Shown here: positions 56,449 through 64,000 of the stretch, one piece after another | How the letters are laid out: every line of letters starts with the position of its first letter | Position numbering within the stretch: the first letter of the stretch is position 1 | Virus record (IMG/VR): IMGVR_UViG_3300021256_000076 | Span: 35,340-99,339 of that record | From: a virus | Lineage: Duplodnaviria > Caudoviricetes | DNA: 64,000 bases | Strand: one strand, 5' to 3' | The notes under the pieces: generated by a model | Told to the model about the DNA's origin: nothing | The model's input: the letters and a program-made list of their open reading frames with translations, nothing else | Databases searched by the model: none | Translations under genes and position numbers: made by a program

Positions 56449-57999
56449 TTAATCTCCTAATAAAATTTGATTATCTTTTGGTACAAATGTTAAATAGCTA
56501 GTCTTGCCCTCTCTACCAGTTACCTGCATAACCTCGTAAGGAGTTCCATCAGCATAACCTTGTTGCTTCATACTTTCTTCAATGCTTATACGCACAGCCT
56601 CTGGCAGTTTGTTATACTCTTGGTCAGAAAGCATCTTTGTCTGTGCATTTTTTAAATTATAAGAAAAGTCTCCATTATTTGGACTTGAAGATGAGCCACT
56701 AAACCATTGGAATAAGTCTGGTACTACACTCTGAGAGCCTTCAACAAGAGGTGCGTTTGTCCAATCAATGTAAAGATTTGGCACATCTCTTCCTTGAGTG
56801 CCGCTTCTCCAGCCATCAATGTTGTCATATTTCTGCTGCTTTCTTGCTTCTTCTACAGAAAGACCACTGCTGGATCCATGTGAAGGATGTACAGTTGCAA
56901 GTACTGGAACATAACCAGCTTTATCTGCTTCTTCTACCGTTCTAGCATTCTTAACCTTTTGAGCTTTCTGCATTCTGTCTACCACTTCCTTCTTCTGCAT
57001 TTCCTCTATAGCTTTTTGCTCAGGAGTTTTATTGCTATTATTTATATAGTTGGGATTAAGGCCTGTCACATTACCATTCTCATCGAAGGTATACTTAAGT
57101 TTTCTTTCATCTTCATAGGCCTGCTTCTTCATATTCCATTCTTCCTGTGCTCTTGTATTAGCAGCCCATCCTCTTGCTGAAGCATCCCTTTCAGAAGCTG
57201 ACATAACACCTGGATCTCTTACGGGATTAACCTTTTCTGTGTAAACTGCACCATCAATAATACCATTGATTACACTCTGTCTTGCCCTTTCCAAGTTATT
57301 TCCAGTGAGGTTCTCTGTTGCTCCTCTTTCTGCAAGGATATCATCAGCAGCTTGCTGTAATTCAGGAATAGCAGAAGCATTGGCTCTAAAGGCATCCATA
57401 CTTTCTTTTGAGTATCCATTTCTTTCAACCCATTTTCTATAATATCCACCAAGAGTAGAACCTTCATCACCTGCACTATAAACTCTTGAAGAAGCAGCTT
57501 TTCCAGCAGCAGCTCCTCTTGTATATAGTTCTGTGCCACTGATACCATAAAGATTTGGATTGGCTCCATCAAGAAAATCATCAATATTCAGGTTATCATT
57601 GGCATAAAGCATTGAGGTATCCTTATTAGCTCTACGCAGTTTCTTCTCCTCCTGTAAAGCCGTATTAGCAGCTTCTAGTCTACCTATTTCCTGACCATAT
57701 CTCTTCTTGAGATTATGCAATGCTCTTCTGTTCTGCATAGTAAGGCCATTCTTTGAAAAGTTATCTGACTGACTGTTGAAGTCATTTATATATCCTTCAT
57801 AGATAGCTTTGCTCTTACTACCTTCAGGTAAATCAGCAAGAACCTTGAAGATATCTCTATTGGCAATATCTTCCATTGCAGATTCCTGCTTCTCATAGGC
57901 ATCCTTATATGCAGTAAATGGTACCAGCATTTCCTGCAATGTAAAGGGCTGAAAATTAGAATCAATTACAAAGCTATAGTTGTTACGTCTGTATGGCAT
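56449..57999 (-). CDS. probable virion cargo protein
   Basis: 516 aa; N-terminal FQPFTLQEMLVP; position between cargo genes. Confidence 0.65.
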   Translation of the reverse strand: MPYRRNNYSFVIDSNFQPFTLQEMLVPFTAYKDAYEKQESAMEDIANRDIFKVLADLPEGSKSKAIYEGYINDFNSQSDNFSKNGLTMQNRRALHNLKKRYGQEIGRLEAANTALQEEKKLRRANKDTSMLYANDNLNIDDFLDGANPNLYGISGTELYTRGAAAGKAASSRVYSAGDEGSTLGGYYRKWVERNGYSKESMDAFRANASAIPELQQAADDILAERGATENLTGNNLERARQSVINGIIDGAVYTEKVNPVRDPGVMSASERDASARGWAANTRAQEEWNMKKQAYEDERKLKYTFDENGNVTGLNPNYINNSNKTPEQKAIEEMQKKEVVDRMQKAQKVKNARTVEEADKAGYVPVLATVHPSHGSSSGLSVEEARKQQKYDNIDGWRSGTQGRDVPNLYIDWTNAPLVEGSQSVVPDLFQWFSGSSSSPNNGDFSYNLKNAQTKMLSDQEYNKLPEAVRISIEESMKQQGYADGTPYEVMQVTGREGKTSYLTFVPKDNQILLGD

Positions 58000-58011
58000 A
58001 TCCTCTACTCT

Positions 58012-60885
58012 TTAAATAGTTAAACCTCTTTTCTTATTGAGTTTACCTCCCTTTGACTTCTTCTCTCTCTTAAGATGCCCTTTAGCAGAATTGGTTTTTT
58101 CTGTTGCAGCTCCTGCAAGACCATCAGCCCACATATCAGATACCATATTCCACTGAGCATTCTCTCTACCAATATCACCAAGACCTTTGAACAACCCTGC
58201 TACATTACCATAGAGACCATTGTACCATCCAGCATCAGAATCAAGTTTAGAATTAGCTCCTTGTAGTGCTATCTGAGCACCATACTGTCTTGCCCTATTC
58301 CTTGCGTTTGCATTAAATTGCTGATTTTGATTATAGGATTGAGCATTAAACTGATTAGTTCCCCTATTGAATCCTTTAGACTGAGCATACCTGTCATAAT
58401 TACTGTCAAGTTGCTCTCTTTGAGCTTTACCCAAGGCTATCATAGTATTATAACTATTTGCTAAAGATGCAGCATTTCTTGAGGGATTTATAGTATTATT
58501 GATACTTCTCTGTGTAGCATTTGACTGTGCCATAATTGGAGATGTATAGAACCACGGGTCATTAGGTTTGTAGGCCATGTAGTCACCTATGGGCATCCAG
58601 TCTGCCTGAGCAACAGGTCCATTAGCTGCATTTACAGCAGCATCAATGCCTGATGTATCAGGTCTACCAATACCAAGTGCCTGCATTCCAAGACCAACAG
58701 CAGGACCAAATAATCCAGCGTATCTTAAATTTTCCCATCTTCTTCTTGGAACAATACCAGACTCCTCTTCAGCAGCCTTTTGTCCAGGTGTCTTTGCTTC
58801 CTCAGGAGCTGCTGCAGCAGGCTTAGCATCCTTCCTAACAGCAGAATCATCAGGCTTTAGACCTGAAGCATCAGTAGTCATTGTAGCAGGCTGAGGCCTT
58901 CTTCCAGAAGGAATAGGAACGTCTGGGTTTACCTCTGTCAATTCTTTTATAAGTGTAGGAGTTAAATGATAGTATCCCCACTTATGATCTTTTGTTCTTG
59001 CGTGATTAAAGTAATCCTTAGCACTTAAAATGCCTTTTGCTTTATCTCCTGCAACAAGGTTGCCATCCTTGTCAAACAAATGATTACCACCTGCCGCTGC
59101 ATCCAAGTTTCTTAGATAACTTTGAACTTCCTCAGTATCCCAATTGTCATTTACATACTGTGTCCAAGCCTTAAAATCATCTTCTAACTCTCTTGCCTTT
59201 ACTGCACTTTCATCAAAGTACTTATCTTTATTATCCTGAATATACGGAATATAGCCTGTTGTTCTACTTGCTGTATAAGGGGGCTTTACTGCAAATAGTT
59301 CTTTAAGTCCTCCCCAAGGAAACAAATGTCCACCTTCAGCCATCATAGGAGCCTGCTGTCCTACCATAGCCTGAGTGCCATCAGCATGCATCTGAGCCTG
59401 CTGAGCCATAGCAAGTTCTTCTGGGGTAGCTTGCTGCATAGCTGCTTGTTGCTCTGCCACAGCCTGTTCTTGTGCAGCCTGTTGAGCCATAGCTTCCTGT
59501 TGAGCCTTCTGTTGCATCAAAGCAGTCTGCTCTTCAGGACTTAGTGCTTCAAAAGCTGCTTTGGCTCTTTCAGCCTCCATCTCTTGCTTTTGTCTTTCCT
59601 GCTGCTCTTGAAGTTTTTGCATTTGAGCTTCAAAACCAGCTTCACTGATTGGATCATTTGGCCTTTCTGCAATCTCCTTTTCCAACCTCTTTGAAATATC
59701 TGCAAAGGTAATATCCTTCTTTCTAGGCAGCTTAAACACCTGCTTAGTGGCTTCATCAGCCATGATTCTATTGCTGAAAACATAATCATTATATACTGTC
59801 TCATTCTCCTCGACCAAATTAGGAGTCCCTTCATTATCTACTCCCATTTGTACACCATCATTAGGATTCTCAGAGTGAGAGCCACCTGCATCAATGTGAG
59901 TAAGTTTAGTTGGGAAGTCAGCACCATTTGTCTGTAAGTCCCCACCAAAAGCAAAACCGTTCTGCATGAAGGCAGGCATGGAAGGAGTATTGGATACTTT
60001 ATTCTTTGACTCATTCTGCTTTTCCTTCGCAGTCATATACCTATCCATAAAATCATAATCTATAGCACTCATATTATTATCTGTAGTATCAATAGGACCA
60101 CCATAAGCAGAATAATTAGCCAGTGCATCATTCATTTGGTCATTTGCAAGATTGAATATGTTGTTACCGACACTTCTATCTGCAAATGCAAGGGCATCGT
60201 TCCTTAGTTTCCTCATCTCAGCATTCTTCCTTTCTGCCCAGTCTTTCTTGAACAAGCCTCCAGAATATGCATCCTGGACATTTGAAGAGGCTGTTACTCC
60301 CTTGATATCATCAAAGCTGTTTGCATTTGATGCAAAATTAAGAAGTGTGTTTGTGCCTTCCTGGTTTGCCTTCAGCTTGGCTTCATCAACCTTTGTACCC
60401 CAAAGAGCATTAATACCTCCGCCAAGAACCTGAAGACCCCCACTGATAGCAGCTCCCCAAGGTCCTGGAATCACAGAAGCAACTTTTCCAATAGAGCCAA
60501 GAGCGTTACCAACTCCAGACTCATAGCCACCACCAATAAGATTTCCTACAGCACCTCCTACCATAGAACCTATTCCACTGATAGCACCTCCTCCGATTCC
60601 TTTCAAGGCACTTCCAAGACCTTCCTTGCTGAAAGCACTCATAAGGTTTCCTTTGCTGAAAGGATTATCTGCTTTTGAAATGCCTAGCCAATTAGTTGAA
60701 TTCATATAGTCATTCAATGTAGAGCCCATATCTCCATAGCTTGCTCCGTAAGCTTTTGAAGCAGCTCTGTCCCATGCGGCCATACTATTATTCATTTGCC
60801 CTGCTTCTGCAAATAGATTTTTCCTGTCTTCCATAAAGGCAGGCTGGTTCCACTTGTTGACAGTATATAACTTATTTTTCTTCAT
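58012..60885 (-). CDS. probable virion cargo/DNA-ejection protein (Gly-rich membrane-inserting region)
   Basis: 957 aa; G/A/S-rich hydrophobic stretch, GGSHSENPNDGVQMG..NLVEENE..YVFSNR module, Q/A-rich linker and AxGG motifs. Confidence 0.7.
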   Translation of the reverse strand: MKKNKLYTVNKWNQPAFMEDRKNLFAEAGQMNNSMAAWDRAASKAYGASYGDMGSTLNDYMNSTNWLGISKADNPFSKGNLMSAFSKEGLGSALKGIGGGAISGIGSMVGGAVGNLIGGGYESGVGNALGSIGKVASVIPGPWGAAISGGLQVLGGGINALWGTKVDEAKLKANQEGTNTLLNFASNANSFDDIKGVTASSNVQDAYSGGLFKKDWAERKNAEMRKLRNDALAFADRSVGNNIFNLANDQMNDALANYSAYGGPIDTTDNNMSAIDYDFMDRYMTAKEKQNESKNKVSNTPSMPAFMQNGFAFGGDLQTNGADFPTKLTHIDAGGSHSENPNDGVQMGVDNEGTPNLVEENETVYNDYVFSNRIMADEATKQVFKLPRKKDITFADISKRLEKEIAERPNDPISEAGFEAQMQKLQEQQERQKQEMEAERAKAAFEALSPEEQTALMQQKAQQEAMAQQAAQEQAVAEQQAAMQQATPEELAMAQQAQMHADGTQAMVGQQAPMMAEGGHLFPWGGLKELFAVKPPYTASRTTGYIPYIQDNKDKYFDESAVKARELEDDFKAWTQYVNDNWDTEEVQSYLRNLDAAAGGNHLFDKDGNLVAGDKAKGILSAKDYFNHARTKDHKWGYYHLTPTLIKELTEVNPDVPIPSGRRPQPATMTTDASGLKPDDSAVRKDAKPAAAAPEEAKTPGQKAAEEESGIVPRRRWENLRYAGLFGPAVGLGMQALGIGRPDTSGIDAAVNAANGPVAQADWMPIGDYMAYKPNDPWFYTSPIMAQSNATQRSINNTINPSRNAASLANSYNTMIALGKAQREQLDSNYDRYAQSKGFNRGTNQFNAQSYNQNQQFNANARNRARQYGAQIALQGANSKLDSDAGWYNGLYGNVAGLFKGLGDIGRENAQWNMVSDMWADGLAGAATEKTNSAKGHLKREKKSKGGKLNKKRGLTI

Positions 60886-60904
60886 TCTAAGTATAATTTT
60901 AACG

Positions 60905-60912
60905 CAAAGATA
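60905..60912 (-). promoter_or_regulatory. -7 promoter box for the cargo operon
   Basis: TATCTTTG on the minus strand 20 nt upstream of 60885. Confidence 0.7.
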
Positions 60913-61012
60913 ATGGATATGCTTAGAATAGTTGGGGTAATAAAACCTCCTATAAAGAAAGATAAGGAAACCATTAAGATTTCCCTATCTCCAACAAACT
61001 ATGAAAAGAAAA

Positions 61013-64000
61013 TCAAACAAAATAAGTCATTGTTATGTCATGTATCTCTGTTCTCTGCATATTCTCATCAGCAGCCTTCCTGAATCTGAGGTACAGCCAA
61101 GGATTATTCATCCTGTCCATCGGATGCTTGTGAAGCCTTGCAAGCATATGGAAGGTCTCATTGAAGGTCTCATCAAAGGTGTCAAGATTGTCTGCATTGT
61201 CCCTTGGAATGTCACACCTCCATATCCTGAATTTCCTCTTCAAGGATGCCTCATTATCCTTAATATGGTGCTGCATTGCTCTATGACCCCTCTGATTGGC
61301 AAGGAAGGCTATTCCATGCTGATATTCATTCCATGTCTCAAGCGCATCAAATGGAAGGTAGGGAGTGAATACACCATTCTTCTCCTCACCATCATTGTCA
61401 ACAGATGCCCTGAACTCTGTGTTGGTGAATATCTTGCTGAGCTGAGGTTCAGGATTACCTATAAGAATTGTTGAGAATGGCCTTGGCACTCCGAAGAACT
61501 TGCAGTAGTCACCAGCCTGATGTTTCCATAGCTGCTGTCCCCTGAGCCATATACCAGTATCATCAAGATTACAGAAGAATGGAGTGTTATAATAGTCATA
61601 GAATGAAGTGAATCCCCCAAGCTTTTCAGAAAATGCAAGACATACCCTGCTTGATATGAACAGTATCTCCTGATTCTGCTTGTCATATACAGAGACAAAT
61701 GCAGACTTCTCAGCAGTCTCAGGGAATGTGGGATTCCACTTCTGGCTGCTCACAGGGAAATACAGCTTGCACCAAGTGTTGAATCCTGCCTGTACTGATA
61801 TATTCTCAAGCTGTCCATTAAACCTGTAGATGCTCCTGTCATTGGAGTCCATGAAGAACAGTCCTGTAGTACCTGAGATGATTGACCACTTGTTGGTACA
61901 TCCTATTGAGTCATTGATATACCTCTTTCCCTGAACCTTGCCAGAGTTGGCTATCTCAATGGGAACACCTGCTGTAGTTGATATCTGTGTGTTCTCATCA
62001 TACAGCACCTGTGCAAGGCCTGAATCCTGAAAACATAGAAGCATGTCATTCATCCTCTGAAGACTTGTGATCTCTCCCTTGTTGCCATCCATGTCAAGGA
62101 TGCTTCCAAGATTAACATTGGCCCACAGGTCCACATCAGCCCCAGGAGTCTTAGTAAGAGACCATGTGAGCTGGTTGGGGAATATATTGTTGGTGTAATA
62201 GTCATCATCCTGTATCTTATAGGAGAAGAAGTTGTTCAGCTGGCTGTACACAGGATTCATCAGATTGAAGTTGATTGGAGACATATTTAAGTTATTCATC
62301 TGTCCTCTGTTCCTATCATACCTTCCATCAATGTTCACCCTTGTCTCAAGCATGAATGAGCCAATCTCCACAATCTGATTTGGGTCTTCCCTTGTAAACG
62401 GGTAGGTCTTCAGACAGTCATACCTCTGATAGTAGGTATCACCATAGTCATAGAAGAACTCCACATTACCTTCATCATTGACATTATCCAAAGACACAGG
62501 TTCTCCACAAGGAAGCCATGTGTTTTCCCTCAAGGCATCTGTTGAGGTTCCTCCAAATCTTGTTGTGGGGTCAGTCTCCCTATATAACTCTACAATGGCA
62601 AGCTGGTAGTTCCCTTCATTGAGGTATGAGCTGTTTACTCCCATTGCAATGTGTGAAGATGACTTATATTTCATCCTGACATTGAGCTTCTTAATTACAA
62701 GATCATCAAACTCATCACCTATTTCGTCATCACCATAATTCCAAAAACTCCAGTTATTATTACCATTTGACTTCCAGATGCCCTTATATAATCCAGCTCC
62801 TGTATCAATGTTTCTAAGAGTCTTACACCAGTCATTAGAGGTGAAGTCAGCTACAGTTCCTCCATCAAGATTTCCATTGTTCCAACTACTAAAGGCAAAG
62901 TATACACCATCAGTGTCATCAGGAACAATCATGGTGTCTATGTTTCCTTTGTAGATGTTGTTGTTGAATTTCAGGATGTGGTCTTCTTCGCCAGAGAACA
63001 TCTGAGGGTTGCCGTCAGTCTCAAAAGACCTACTTGTCCAGTTAAGGAAATCATCCTTTACACTGGTTGCATATCTCAGATTGGAAATAACTTTTTTCTT
63101 GAGTACTGCAGATGCAGTTCCTCTATTGTTAGGCCTGTTGATGTCATTGTTGAGAGAGCCACTACCTTGCCAAGGATATACAATGAACTTTGCAGGCACC
63201 TTCATCTTTGGCCACCCTGCTATAATACCCCCAGTTTCCCCAGAACCCTTGTCTAGATTTTCATCAACAATACAATCCTCATAGAACAATCCAGAGACTA
63301 TGCCGCTTGGGCCATCTGAAGAGAATGATTTGTGTATGAATCCACTTCCTAGGTTACTTACAGTAGGGCTTTCAGTCTGTATGTCAATGTCAGAAAGAGT
63401 CTTGGTGAATGTAGCCATACCCACCTTTCTATACTTGACACCTACAAAATCCATCAGAGACACCTTATCATCAAACTCAATGTCAGGGGAATGCATGGTT
63501 CTGAAGTTCCTATCAATCTGAAATACATTGGAGCCCTCGTTGTCAAACTGCCCCTGTATTTCCACTTGTCTGATGTACTTGGGATTAAATGGTGTATGGT
63601 CACCTGCCTTTGGCATACCATCATCTTCGCCTGGTTTATAGCGAACACACCTATTTGTCTGCCTTAAGAACTCCTTGCTCTTTGGTACAAGAGTCTGGGT
63701 CTTTACCCCTTCTGCGTCATCACTGGTACAGAATGGTCTGAAAAACCATGAAGACTGTGCATATAAGTCCTTATCAGTATTCCTGTGTCTATTGGTAAAT
63801 ACAGTAGGAGCTACCACTCCTTGACATATTGCTTCTCTGTCAAGAGGCTCTGGGAATACAACCACAGGCCTTACTTTCCTATAGCCTGCATTCTTAATGG
63901 TAAGTACTCCAGCCTTCAGCAAGGATGCCTTTATGATAGGCACCTGTATGACTCCTCCTGTCTTTTCCTCAAACTTGCTTCCAATCTGCAAGTCTTTGAT
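61013..64000 (-). CDS. muzzle/tail stabilisation protein (P22 gp10-like, crAss-type), 5'-truncated
   Basis: Frame is open to the window edge; YGDTYYQRYDCLKTY, ETRVNIDGRYD, DMDGNKGEITSL, GVPIEIANSGKVQG, FTSFYDY and RKFRIWR motifs. Confidence 0.8.
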   Translation of the reverse strand: MKDLQIGSKFEEKTGGVIQVPIIKASLLKAGVLTIKNAGYRKVRPVVVFPEPLDREAICQGVVAPTVFTNRHRNTDKDLYAQSSWFFRPFCTSDDAEGVKTQTLVPKSKEFLRQTNRCVRYKPGEDDGMPKAGDHTPFNPKYIRQVEIQGQFDNEGSNVFQIDRNFRTMHSPDIEFDDKVSLMDFVGVKYRKVGMATFTKTLSDIDIQTESPTVSNLGSGFIHKSFSSDGPSGIVSGLFYEDCIVDENLDKGSGETGGIIAGWPKMKVPAKFIVYPWQGSGSLNNDINRPNNRGTASAVLKKKVISNLRYATSVKDDFLNWTSRSFETDGNPQMFSGEEDHILKFNNNIYKGNIDTMIVPDDTDGVYFAFSSWNNGNLDGGTVADFTSNDWCKTLRNIDTGAGLYKGIWKSNGNNNWSFWNYGDDEIGDEFDDLVIKKLNVRMKYKSSSHIAMGVNSSYLNEGNYQLAIVELYRETDPTTRFGGTSTDALRENTWLPCGEPVSLDNVNDEGNVEFFYDYGDTYYQRYDCLKTYPFTREDPNQIVEIGSFMLETRVNIDGRYDRNRGQMNNLNMSPINFNLMNPVYSQLNNFFSYKIQDDDYYTNNIFPNQLTWSLTKTPGADVDLWANVNLGSILDMDGNKGEITSLQRMNDMLLCFQDSGLAQVLYDENTQISTTAGVPIEIANSGKVQGKRYINDSIGCTNKWSIISGTTGLFFMDSNDRSIYRFNGQLENISVQAGFNTWCKLYFPVSSQKWNPTFPETAEKSAFVSVYDKQNQEILFISSRVCLAFSEKLGGFTSFYDYYNTPFFCNLDDTGIWLRGQQLWKHQAGDYCKFFGVPRPFSTILIGNPEPQLSKIFTNTEFRASVDNDGEEKNGVFTPYLPFDALETWNEYQHGIAFLANQRGHRAMQHHIKDNEASLKRKFRIWRCDIPRDNADNLDTFDETFNETFHMLARLHKHPMDRMNNPWLYLRFRKAADENMQRTEIHDITMTYFV

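Noticed and set aside
1-64000. Genome-wide TAG-to-Gln recoding (code 15)
   Set aside because: Multi-kb ORFs are intact in code 11 with no internal TAG, and many genes end in TAG right before the next start; only one interrupted ORF was found.

Overview
This 64-kb window is part of a crAss-like (Crassvirales) phage genome. The host is probably Bacteroidota, judged from about 12 TAnnTTTG -7 promoter boxes placed just upstream of operon starts. 1-14.3 kb (+): replication and nucleotide-metabolism block (ThiF/E1-like, uracil-DNA glycosylase, two PD-(D/E)XK nucleases, dUTPase, retropepsin-like protease, family A DNA polymerase, DUF4494, DUF3310, NUMOD1-repeat protein, many small ORFs), interrupted by a promoter-driven, highly structured, ORF-free ~450-nt candidate ncRNA at 12.39-12.84 kb. 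14.5-27.9 kb (+): virion RNA polymerase (DFDID motif) and a second giant cargo protein. 27.9-32.9 kb (-): uncharacterised ~11-gene accessory module, two of whose promoters share an upstream 10-mer at identical spacing. 33-44.3 kb (-): tail-fibre genes (one with a DGR-like variable tip, one with SGNH and beta-propeller domains) and an isolated portal gene. 44.5-48.5 kb (+): lysis genes and a modular AxGG-punctuated protein followed by a small ORF. 48.6-64 kb (-): giant cargo protein with a C-terminal nuclease domain, two further cargo proteins and the muzzle/tail-stabilisation protein. I saw no tRNA, rRNA, CRISPR array, integrase, terminase, major capsid protein or reverse transcriptase. All calls come from reading motifs by eye; no database search was run.
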